From: Longimicrobiales bacterium
GTDB lineage: Bacteria > Gemmatimonadota > Gemmatimonadetes > Longimicrobiales > Gaopeijiaceae
Assembly: GCA_965248195.1 (NCBI GenBank)
Contig: CBDFIQ010000002.1
Location: 2,176,001-2,240,000 of the forward strand
DNA: 64,000 bases
Direction: 5' to 3'
Part shown: positions 17,762 to 26,693 of the stretch, one piece after another
How positions within the stretch are numbered: position 1 is the stretch's first letter
Layout: each line of letters begins with the position of its first letter
Position numbers and translations under genes: made by a program
Notes under the pieces: model-generated
Told to the model about the DNA's origin: nothing
Seen by the model: the letters and a program-made list of their open reading frames with translations, nothing else
Databases searched by the model: none

Positions 17762-19813
17762 TCAGCCCCGCGTGGCCAGAGCGGGCCGTTTGCCTCCAGT
17801 CTGCGGGCGCGAAGCCGTGGTAGTCGAGCCGCGGGAGGGCCACATTGCGATGATCCCGCCCAAGGTGACGACGAATCCCCCGTACCAGATCCAGCCCACG
17901 AGTACGTTGACCTGCACCTTGAAGGTCGCACGCTGAGCCGCGGCGTCGCTCTCGAAGGCTCCACCAAGATCGTTCACGTTGTCGAGGATCAGGTAGAGGT
18001 CTTCAAGGATGTAGGAGTTGATCCCCACAATCGTGAGCGGCGACGATTCCCACTTTTCGTAGAGGACCTTCTGCGCCGTGAGGGATTCGACCGGCCGGCC
18101 ATTTCGTTCGACGGTCATCAGGGCCACCGCCTGACGCACCATGTTCTGGCCGCGAGGCGACGACAGTCCCTGGTAAGTGAGCGCGTATTCGTGCCCGAAC
18201 GGAGACTCGATCGTGATGGTCTCGCCCGGATCGACGATCTGCACGATCTCGCGATTAAAAGCCACGCCGGCAAATGCGGTAAAAATCATCACGACCCCGA
18301 CGTGGACGATGTACCCTCCCCAGCGGCGCCGATTCCGGCTCACGAGGTGGAAGAAGGCCAGGAGATGACCCTCGCCCTCGATGTGGGCCCGTGCCTTGGT
18401 CCCCTTCACGAACTCGACAATGATGATGGTCATCACGAAGGCCGACAGACCGAATGTCAGCAGAGCCATGCCGTGGTGGACACCTCGCAGGAACAGCGCC
18501 CCGACGACCATCAAACCCACGATGACCGGCGTGAGAAAGTTCTTTACGAGATTGCGGCGAGACGCCCTTCGCCAAGCGATCACCGGTCCGATCCCCATCA
18601 AGGCGAGCAGAGCCAGCCCGATGGGCAGGTTGACCCGGTTGAAAAATGGCGGACCCACCGCGATGGCCGTTCCCGTAAGGCCCTCAGTGATGAGCGGGAA
18701 AAGGGTCCCCCACAGGATGGTGAAGGCTGCACCCAGGAGGATCAGGTTATTGAACAGAAATGCTGATTCTCGGGACAGAAACGACTGAATCTGGTTCTCG
18801 CTCTTGAGCTGCGGGTACCGCCACGCAATCAGCAGGACACAAACCCCGGCCATCACCCCCATGAACGCGAGGAAAATGAACGCGATCGTCGTGTTCTCGG
18901 CGAAGGTGTGAACCGACTCGATCAGGCCCGACCGCGTCAGGAAGGTGGCGAAAATCGTCAAAAGGAAGGTGAGGGTGACTAGGCCCATGTTCCAAACCTT
19001 GAGCATCCCCCGGTTTTCCTGAATCTGGATCGAGTGGAGGAAGGCCGTCGCCGTCAGCCAGGGCAACAGAGACGCGTTCTCAACTGGATCCCAAAACCAA
19101 AATCCGCCCCAGCCGAGCATCTCGTACGCCCAGCGCATACCAAAGATGACGCCGTTCGCCAAAAAGAACCAAGACAGCAGAATCCAACGCCGCGTGATGA
19201 CGATCCAGCGCGTATCCAACTTTCCGCTGAGCAGCGCCGAGACGGCGAAAGCGAACGGAATCGTGAAGGAGGTGAATCCCAAGTACAGCGTAGGCGGATG
19301 AATCGTCATCCAATAGTTCTGGAGCTGAGGGTTGAGCCCTCGTCCATCCGCAGCCGCAAAAGGCAGCCTCTCGAACGGATTCACTTCGGCGAAGAGCAGC
19401 ACCACCAGGAAGAAGCTTGAAATCGTGAGGAGCACACCGACCACATAAGGCATGAACTCCCGGTTCTTGGCCCGGTTCGTGAAGACCGCCGCCGCCGAGA
19501 AGAAGGAAAGGAGCAGCGCCCAGAATACCAAAGAACCACGCTGCCCGGCCCACAGGCCGGCGACCTTGTAAAACGTCGGCAACTCGCGGTTGGAGTAGTT
19601 CGCGACGTACCAGTACTCGAAACTATCCGTCAGGAAGGCGGTGATGATCCCCGCCGACGTCAGGATCAGAAGGAAGAAAACGGCGTAGACGCTATGCTCG
19701 GCGCTCAGAACGAGGTCGCCACGCCCCTTACGCCCGCCCACGAAGCCGGCGACTGCTCCCCAGATGCCGACCGGTAGTGCAATCCAGAGAGCAAGCTCTC
19801 CGAGGATTATCAC
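17762..19813 (-). CDS. ccmF: Heme lyase CcmF
   Basis: GLNPQLQN, HPPTLYLG, GWGGFWFWDPVENASLLPWL, TRSGLIESVH. Confidence 0.97.
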   Translation of the reverse strand: MIILGELALWIALPVGIWGAVAGFVGGRKGRGDLVLSAEHSVYAVFFLLILTSAGIITAFLTDSFEYWYVANYSNRELPTFYKVAGLWAGQRGSLVFWALLLSFFSAAAVFTNRAKNREFMPYVVGVLLTISSFFLVVLLFAEVNPFERLPFAAADGRGLNPQLQNYWMTIHPPTLYLGFTSFTIPFAFAVSALLSGKLDTRWIVITRRWILLSWFFLANGVIFGMRWAYEMLGWGGFWFWDPVENASLLPWLTATAFLHSIQIQENRGMLKVWNMGLVTLTFLLTIFATFLTRSGLIESVHTFAENTTIAFIFLAFMGVMAGVCVLLIAWRYPQLKSENQIQSFLSRESAFLFNNLILLGAAFTILWGTLFPLITEGLTGTAIAVGPPFFNRVNLPIGLALLALMGIGPVIAWRRASRRNLVKNFLTPVIVGLMVVGALFLRGVHHGMALLTFGLSAFVMTIIIVEFVKGTKARAHIEGEGHLLAFFHLVSRNRRRWGGYIVHVGVVMIFTAFAGVAFNREIVQIVDPGETITIESPFGHEYALTYQGLSSPRGQNMVRQAVALMTVERNGRPVESLTAQKVLYEKWESSPLTIVGINSYILEDLYLILDNVNDLGGAFESDAAAQRATFKVQVNVLVGWIWYGGFVVTLGGIIAMWPSRGSTTTASRPQTGGKRPALATRG

Positions 19814-20238
19814 CCGAGAAGTTCCTCAGGCGTAGCTTCGTAGCGACTTCCACACTTCGCGAGAACGATCGTGGCTTCGAAAACGCCATCCTCCCGGAAG
19901 CGACCCTCGACGACCACGTCCACATTCTCCGTGTCGTTGAAGGTATCGGGGAGCATGTCCCGGTATTCCACGGGGAAACGCACCGACTCATCCAGGAGAT
20001 CGACGACCGTGAACTGGTGCAGCAACTCGTCTTGGGCCCGGGTCCACGACCCCCGCTCGACGCGCCCACTCACCTTCACGCCTACGTCGTGGAACGTCGG
20101 ATCCTGCTCCACCCGTGCCATGAGCTCCACGGGGGTGAGGTAATACACCATCGTTTCCGTGACACCGGTCCAGATCAGGTAGGTGACGACCAGGGCCACG
20201 CCCCCCAATCCGACGAAAAATTTACCATTGTCTTTCAT
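19810..20238 (-). CDS. ccmE: Heme chaperone CcmE, CxxxY variant
   Basis: N-terminal TM, YYLTP, PDTF, VVVEG, AKCGSRY. Confidence 0.92.
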   Translation of the reverse strand: MKDNGKFFVGLGGVALVVTYLIWTGVTETMVYYLTPVELMARVEQDPTFHDVGVKVSGRVERGSWTRAQDELLHQFTVVDLLDESVRFPVEYRDMLPDTFNDTENVDVVVEGRFREDGVFEATIVLAKCGSRYEATPEELLG

Positions 20239-20365
20239 GATTCACGACTCGTGCGTTTTGGACATGGTGGCGCACTCCCCTTCGCGTCGAAATATAGGCA
20301 CACTCCGAAGCAGCGCAAACCACCGCCCAAGGGTCGACGACGGGTCCTCGAAAGCCTTTCACATG

Positions 20366-20371
20366 ATTATA
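20366..20371 (-). promoter_or_regulatory. Possible -10 element for the ccm operon
   Basis: Perfect TATAAT in the gltB-ccmE spacer of a GC-rich genome; no clear -35. Confidence 0.4.
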
Positions 20372-20424
20372 GAAAGTTACGGCGCCCCGAGTTCCCCATT
20401 CACCATCCACTCGATCCGAGCGAA

Positions 20425-23400
20425 TCAGTGATTCGTGCTCATGCTCCGGGCCGCGGGCACGGGTGGGGCCTGGGCCGGAACCGACACCTCCACGTGCCCG
20501 ACCTCTGCCCGCAGACGCCGGAGGTGGTAGCGCACCTCGGACATCGGGTCCGCCTCTCCAGGCACGTCTCGGGGGGCTACCTTCTGGAACTTGGGCAAGG
20601 CTTCCTCCCAGGCGCCGAGAAGCTCTTGGGCCCGCCTCGACCCCGTCCGCTCGTAATGACGCTCGATCATGGTCTTTAGCAACTCGATGTCGTCCGGATG
20701 CACCACGGCTTGCATTTCCACCAGGTCATGGTTCATGCGGGACGGGAGGTCACCGTATTCATCGAGCACGTATGCCATTCCATTCGACATGCCCGCCCCC
20801 AGATTTCGGCCTGTGTCACCGAGGATGACGACGGCCCCACCGGTCATGTATTCGCATCCGTGGTCTCCGACACCCTCCACAACCGCCCGGCCACCCGAGT
20901 TACGTACGGCGAACCGCTCCCCGGCGCCACCGGCGACGAACAGGTCACCGCCCGTCGCACCGTAGAGTACGGTATTCCCCACGAGCGTCGCTTTTTGCTC
21001 CAGGAATCGGGAGCCGGGCGGTGGGCAGACCGTGATTTCTCCCCCGCTCATCCCCTTCGCCACATAGTCGTTGGCCTCACCGATGAGGTTCAGGCACACT
21101 CCATTGGCGAGCCAGGCCCCGAACGACTGTCCCGCCGACCCCCGGAAGGCCAGGTCGATGGATCCTGGTGGCAGTCCGGCGTTCCCATGCACCTGAGCGA
21201 TGCGCCCCGAAATCCGGCCTCCCACCGTACGGTCCCGGTTCAGAATCTCATAGGAGCCCTGGAATGTGCCACCATCCTCGATGGCACTACCGATATCTTT
21301 CAGGATCCGGTCATCCATGGGACGGCCGGGCCGGTCGTTACGTTCCTGGACCACGTGGGCGGGTCCGCCCGACGTCCTCGCGATCATCTTGGAAAGGTCG
21401 ACGCCACGCCAACGGTCACCCTCCTCCGCCTCGATTTGTGTCAGCAGATCGGCCCTGCCGATCACGTCATCGAGCCGCTCATAACCGAGCGTGGCGAGGA
21501 TCTCCCGCACGTCCTCACCCACATGGGTGAGGAACTGGATCACCATCTCCGGCGTGCCGAAATACTTCTCCCTGTACTCTTCGGCCTGCGTCGCGATTCC
21601 CACGGGGCAGGTATTGAGGTGGCACTGGCGCGCCATCTTGCATCCGATCGCGATGAGTGCCGCGGTGCCGAAACCGTAGCGGTCGGCGCCGAGCAGGGCC
21701 GCAACCACGACGTCCCTCCCCGTATGCATGCCCCCGTCGGTACTGAGGATCACCCGGCCGCGAAGCCCATTCATCATGAGCGTCTGCTGAGTCTCCGCCA
21801 GCCCGAGCTCCCAGGGGATACCTGCGTACTTTATCGAGGTGAGCGGTGACGCACCGGTACCGCCGTCCGCCCCACTGATCTGGATGACGTCGGCATAGGC
21901 CTTGGCCACGCCCGCCGCAATCGTGCCTACCCCTTCCGAAGCCACCAACTTCACGATGACGCGGGCGGCCGGATTCACGACCTTGAGGTCGTAGATCAAC
22001 TGGGCGATGTCCTCGATCGAGTAGATGTCGTGGTGTGGCGGCGGAGAGATCAAGGGCGTGCCCGCGGTGACGTGCCGCAACTCGGCGATGTACGCCGAAA
22101 CCTTGTGGCCGGGAAGTTGTCCACCCTCCCCGGGTTTGGCACCCTGGGCGATCTTGATCTCCAGCTCCTTCGCCCCGACGAGGTACGCGGGCGTGACCCC
22201 GAACCGCCCGGAAGCGACCTGCTTCACCGACGAATTCGCATCGAGCTTATCACCACCCGGCGTGTAGCGGCGGGGATCCTCCCCACCCTCGCCGGTGTTG
22301 GCTAGACCGCCTAGCCGGTTCATCGCTCTCGCGAGATCCTCGTGAGCCTCTGGGCTCAGTGCACCCAACGACATAGCTCCGGTCTGGAATCGCCGTATTA
22401 TGGCCTCGACGGGTTCGACTTTATCGAGCCCGATCGGATCGCGGTCGGACGAGAGCTCGAGGAGATCCCGTAAGGCCGTAGGCGGACGGCTATGGACCAG
22501 GTCGCGGTAAGCCCGGTATTCTTCCTCGCCTCCGCCCTGGACTGTCTTGTGCAGAGCGCGCCAGACCTGTGGACTGTTCGCGTGGTAGTCGCCATCCCGC
22601 CGAAACTTGTACCAGCCGCCTCGCTCGAGCTTCTCCGCTGAGTACGCCTGGGTGTGCCGCTCAATCGCGTCCGCCGCGATGTGGCGGAAGCCGATACCGC
22701 CGATGCGTGACCTCGTGGTCGTGAAGCAGCGACGGAGGACCTCGTCACCCAGGCCGAGCGCCTCGAAAATCTGGGCGCCGTGGTAGGAAGAGACCGCGGA
22801 GATGCCCATTTTGGACATGACCTTGAGGATCCCCGCATCGGCCGCCTTCCTGTAGTTTCTGATGACTTCATCGAGTGCCTGGTCGTCGAACTCCCCTGCT
22901 CCGACCAACGCTCCCACGCTCTCGAAGGCGAGGTAGGGACAGATTGCCGAAGCCCCGAAACCGATCAGCGTAGCGAATTGGTGAACATCCCGAGCGTCCC
23001 CGGTGTCGGCGACGATGCTGGCCCTCATCCGGAGACCCTCGCGGATCAGGTGATTGTGCACCGTTGAAACCGCTAAGAGCATCGGAATCGGCGCACGGGC
23101 TTCATCGGTGGAGCGGTCGCTGACCACGAGCGCCTGGCACCCTTCGTCCACTGCGGCCACCGCAGCGGCGCAGAGGTCGTCGAGGGCCCCCTCGAGCCCT
23201 TCGGCACCGTCCTTCACGGGGAAACACGCCTCGAGTGTGGCAACGGAGAATCCCTCGGGCGTCCCTTCCCGAAGCTGCACCAACTCCCCCTCACTCATAA
23301 TCGGGCTCATGAGATGTACGAGCCGGGCAGCCTCTGGGTCCTCCTCCAAAATCGAATGGCGGCGGCCCAGGTAGGTATCGAGCGACATCACGATCTTCTC

Positions 23401-25056
23401 TCGAAGGGAGTCGATCGGTGGGTTGGTGACCTGTGCGAAGCGCTGCCGGAAATAGGTGTACAGGAGGCGGCCGGGTCCGTTCAGCGTGGACGGGGGCGTG
23501 TCGTCACCCATGGAGCCCGTGGGTTCCTTGCCGTCCCGTGCCATGGGTTTGAGGACGTATCCGATCTCCTCTTGAGTGTACCCGTGTAGCGCCTGCAAGC
23601 GAACCAGCTCGGCATCATCGGAATCGGGTCGATACCGCTTCGGGTCGAGCTCGAGGGGAGCGAGATGATGGAGATTTTCGCTCACCCACTGACCGTAAGG
23701 CCGCCGAGCCGCCATTTCGGCCTTGATTTCGTCGTTGTGCAAGAAGTGCCGCCGAGCCGTGTCGACGGCGATCATCTCACCGGGTCCGACCCTTCCCGAC
23801 TCCACGATCTCGCTCAGTGGCAGGTCAGCCAGCCCAACTTCCGAACTCATGATCACCACCCCGTCGGCCGTAACCTGATACCGGGCGGGGCGTAGGCCAT
23901 TACGGTCCATCACGGCGGCGGCAACCGTTCCGTCCGTGAAGGCGACCGCGGCTGGACCGTCCCAAGGCTCCGTGAGGCAGGCGTGATATTCGTAGAACTC
24001 CCGGAGTTGGGGATCCATGTTGGGCATGCTCTCCCACGCCTCCGGGATGAGCATCGCCATCGCGTGGAGCAGGCCGCGGCCAGAGGTCATCAGGAGTTCG
24101 AAAGCCTCGTCCAGGGAGGCCGTGTCAGACCCGATGGGATGGATGACCGGGATCAGATCCTCGAGCTGGTCGCCCCAAAAACTGGACGTGAGCTCGGGTT
24201 CGCGCGCCGACATCCAGTTCCGGTTGCCCAGGAGTGTGTTGATTTCTCCGTTGTGCGCGATCAAGCGGAACGGCTGGGCGAGGGGCCAGGTCGCAAGCGT
24301 ATTGGTGGCAAAACGCTGATGGAAAAGGGCGATCCCGGAAACCGTCCGTTCGTCCGCGAGGTCGGGAAAGAAGCGGGCGAGGTCTGTTGCGACCATGAGA
24401 CCCTTATAAACCACCGTCCGCGCGGACATCGACACGATGTAGCAATCGATGCCTTCTTCCCGGTAACCCGACTCGGCCCGCATCCGAGCGAGGTAGAGCG
24501 CCCGATCGAACTCGGGGCTCGACATGCCCGAGGGCCTCTCGATGAAGAGTTGCTCGATTCCCGGAAGAGATTGCAGGGCCGAGGCGCCAAGTACGGATCG
24601 GTCCGTCGGCACGACTCTCCAGCCAAGGGGCACGATGCCCGTCCGGTCCGCCGCCGCGTCCAGGATGGCACGCGCCCGGTCACGCATTTTCTTTTCTGTG
24701 GGCAAGAAGACCATCGCGAGGGCGAGCCCTGACAGGTCGCCCTCTTCCATACCCATGCCGGCGGCGTCTTCAGCCAACAACTCCTTCGGGACCTGAATCG
24801 TAACGCCCGCACCGTCACCCGAAGCCGCGTCGGCTGAGACCGCGCCCCGGTGCGTGAGGTTCGCGACCGAGCGCACCGCCAGCTCTACGATGCCATGGGT
24901 TCGCTCACCGTCGATCCTGGCTATGAAACCCGTCCCGCAGCCGTCGTGCTCGAAGGCCGGGTTATAAAGAGGCGGCGGGTTCGACGGAGACCAGGCGGCC
25001 CCGGACAGGGGCCCACCGTCCGGTATTCCGTGTCTAGAATCCAACTTCCGAGTCAT
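20425..25056 (-). CDS. gltB: Glutamate synthase large subunit
   Basis: EHDGCGTGF (catalytic Cys), HQRFATNT, HNGEINT, DRNGLRP, QGAKPGEGGQLPGHKV, SPPPHHDIYSIED, CKMARQCHLNTC, GXGXG C-terminal domain. Confidence 0.99.
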   Translation of the reverse strand: MTRKLDSRHGIPDGGPLSGAAWSPSNPPPLYNPAFEHDGCGTGFIARIDGERTHGIVELAVRSVANLTHRGAVSADAASGDGAGVTIQVPKELLAEDAAGMGMEEGDLSGLALAMVFLPTEKKMRDRARAILDAAADRTGIVPLGWRVVPTDRSVLGASALQSLPGIEQLFIERPSGMSSPEFDRALYLARMRAESGYREEGIDCYIVSMSARTVVYKGLMVATDLARFFPDLADERTVSGIALFHQRFATNTLATWPLAQPFRLIAHNGEINTLLGNRNWMSAREPELTSSFWGDQLEDLIPVIHPIGSDTASLDEAFELLMTSGRGLLHAMAMLIPEAWESMPNMDPQLREFYEYHACLTEPWDGPAAVAFTDGTVAAAVMDRNGLRPARYQVTADGVVIMSSEVGLADLPLSEIVESGRVGPGEMIAVDTARRHFLHNDEIKAEMAARRPYGQWVSENLHHLAPLELDPKRYRPDSDDAELVRLQALHGYTQEEIGYVLKPMARDGKEPTGSMGDDTPPSTLNGPGRLLYTYFRQRFAQVTNPPIDSLREKIVMSLDTYLGRRHSILEEDPEAARLVHLMSPIMSEGELVQLREGTPEGFSVATLEACFPVKDGAEGLEGALDDLCAAAVAAVDEGCQALVVSDRSTDEARAPIPMLLAVSTVHNHLIREGLRMRASIVADTGDARDVHQFATLIGFGASAICPYLAFESVGALVGAGEFDDQALDEVIRNYRKAADAGILKVMSKMGISAVSSYHGAQIFEALGLGDEVLRRCFTTTRSRIGGIGFRHIAADAIERHTQAYSAEKLERGGWYKFRRDGDYHANSPQVWRALHKTVQGGGEEEYRAYRDLVHSRPPTALRDLLELSSDRDPIGLDKVEPVEAIIRRFQTGAMSLGALSPEAHEDLARAMNRLGGLANTGEGGEDPRRYTPGGDKLDANSSVKQVASGRFGVTPAYLVGAKELEIKIAQGAKPGEGGQLPGHKVSAYIAELRHVTAGTPLISPPPHHDIYSIEDIAQLIYDLKVVNPAARVIVKLVASEGVGTIAAGVAKAYADVIQISGADGGTGASPLTSIKYAGIPWELGLAETQQTLMMNGLRGRVILSTDGGMHTGRDVVVAALLGADRYGFGTAALIAIGCKMARQCHLNTCPVGIATQAEEYREKYFGTPEMVIQFLTHVGEDVREILATLGYERLDDVIGRADLLTQIEAEEGDRWRGVDLSKMIARTSGGPAHVVQERNDRPGRPMDDRILKDIGSAIEDGGTFQGSYEILNRDRTVGGRISGRIAQVHGNAGLPPGSIDLAFRGSAGQSFGAWLANGVCLNLIGEANDYVAKGMSGGEITVCPPPGSRFLEQKATLVGNTVLYGATGGDLFVAGGAGERFAVRNSGGRAVVEGVGDHGCEYMTGGAVVILGDTGRNLGAGMSNGMAYVLDEYGDLPSRMNHDLVEMQAVVHPDDIELLKTMIERHYERTGSRRAQELLGAWEEALPKFQKVAPRDVPGEADPMSEVRYHLRRLRAEVGHVEVSVPAQAPPVPAARSMSTNH

Positions 25057-25099
25057 ACGTCTCCCGATCTATTGCTCTATTCCCAAACGCTGTGTACCC

Positions 25100-25138
25100 A
25101 AACAAAAAACGGCCTTCCCACACTGGAGAAGGCCGTTC
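25100..25138 (-). terminator. Intrinsic terminator in the gltB 5' leader (attenuator)
   Basis: AACGGCCTTC-TCCAGTGTGG-GAAGGCCGTT stem merging into TTTTTTGTTT, 44 nt upstream of the gltB ATG with no upstream same-strand gene. Confidence 0.85.
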
Positions 25139-25269
25139 GAGGAACCGAAAATACTTGCTCAGTTCACCCGCATGCTTCCCCAACGCGGAGCCCTTTTCCG
25201 GCCTCGCTCAAGAGATTCGGGGCAAGTACGTACTCGCACGCGCGAGTTCGGTGAACGGCGAACGCTCAT
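25100..25269 (-). promoter_or_regulatory. Structured cis-regulatory leader of gltB (candidate riboswitch or peptide attenuator)
   Basis: Several 6-7 bp complementary segments, alternative antiterminator pairings and a 36-codon uORF upstream of the terminator. Confidence 0.6.
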
Positions 25270-25659
25270 CGGATTCTTACCTGAGGCGACCCAATTGCGA
25301 GGACCTACCAGGCACTTTCACTTGCTCCCCATGAGGGCACAGGGCCCCGAAAACTCTGTCCACACTTGCCGATCCCGCCTGCACCGGTGCACCAGCCGCA
25401 CCTGGGCGAGTTACGCGAGGTAACCGACGAGAATAGGACTTTCTTACCAGAACGGCAAGCGCTCCTTGCCCCCCCGTCCCCTCGCTCGTACAATTGCTGC
25501 CGTTCCTCGCGGTTCCAAAAGCCACCTCCCGTCTTCCGTCTTTGACAGCGATGCTTCCCGAAATCCAGTCGCTGTGGAGTTGACCGCCGTGCCCGATCCC
25601 AAATGGATGTACCAAGGGGATGCAGTACCAAGAAGTGCCTCTCAACAGCCTTCTAGAGG

Positions 25660-26661
25660 ATGATGATGACGCATAGGTGGGAAGGGACGTCATTCGTCCC
25701 GTCGATCCTTCTTCTTGCGGTCCTGACTTCATCCGGATGTGCCCCCGGGGACCGTCCTGACATCCTCTCGCTGGCAACGGCGGGCACCGGAGGTGTCTAC
25801 TACGTGCTGGGGGGATCGATCGCGGAGCTCTGGAGCCGCGAGTTGCCGGAGCATGATTTCGTAGCCGAGGTCACGGGCGGCTCAGTCGAGAATCTCAGCC
25901 TACTCCTGGGCGGTGATGTCCACGTGGCCTTCTCTATGGGTACGAACGCCCATGAGGTGTTCTACGCAAGGGGATCTTTTTCGGAGCGGGAGCCGGCGCG
26001 GGTTCTCGCTCTCACTGCGCTCTATCCGAACGTCCTTCACCTGGTCACCGTGGAAGGAACAGGAGTGGAGAGCCTCGTTGACCTCGTGGGGCGACGGGTC
26101 TCCGTAGGAGCGCCAGGGAGTGGGACCGAAGTGGCCGCCCGAACCCTGCTGGAAGGAAACGGGATCGGCTACGACGATTTCCGGCCCCAGCGTCTCAATT
26201 TCAACGAGACTGCTTCTGCGCTCCGGGACGGGAACATAGACGCCGGATTCTTGAGCGCCGGCACCCCTACCAGTGCCCTCATGGACCTGGCTACGGCGCG
26301 GACTATGCGACTCGTTGCGATCGGAGCGACGGAAGTGGAGAACACTGGGGTCTTGGACCCGACCGTGAGTCGCGATTTCTTCCTTCCAGGAACATACCCC
26401 GGCCAGGAAATCGAGGTGGAGACATTGAGTACACCCAACCTCCTCGTGGTCCGCGCCGACATGTCGGAGGAGCTCGTCTACGATCTGATTCAAGCGCTAT
26501 CCGCGGTACAGACGGAGTTAGCTGGCGTGCATCCTGCGGCGCGCCACATCTCGGCGGAGTACACCCTGGACGCTTCTCCCATCCCGCTCCACCCGGGTGC
26601 CGTTCGCTATTTCGTGGAAGCAGGATACGAGGTGCCCGAGCGTCTGATCTTTTCCCCGTGA
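25660..26661 (+). CDS. TAXI-family TRAP transporter solute-binding lipoprotein
   Basis: Lipobox-like SSGC, ATAGTGGVYY, TGGSVEN, VGAPGSGTE, IPLHPGAVRYF. Confidence 0.94.
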   Translation: MMMTHRWEGTSFVPSILLLAVLTSSGCAPGDRPDILSLATAGTGGVYYVLGGSIAELWSRELPEHDFVAEVTGGSVENLSLLLGGDVHVAFSMGTNAHEVFYARGSFSEREPARVLALTALYPNVLHLVTVEGTGVESLVDLVGRRVSVGAPGSGTEVAARTLLEGNGIGYDDFRPQRLNFNETASALRDGNIDAGFLSAGTPTSALMDLATARTMRLVAIGATEVENTGVLDPTVSRDFFLPGTYPGQEIEVETLSTPNLLVVRADMSEELVYDLIQALSAVQTELAGVHPAARHISAEYTLDASPIPLHPGAVRYFVEAGYEVPERLIFSP

Positions 26662-26693
26662 GACATCCCGATATCCGCGTCGGTGGATAACCG

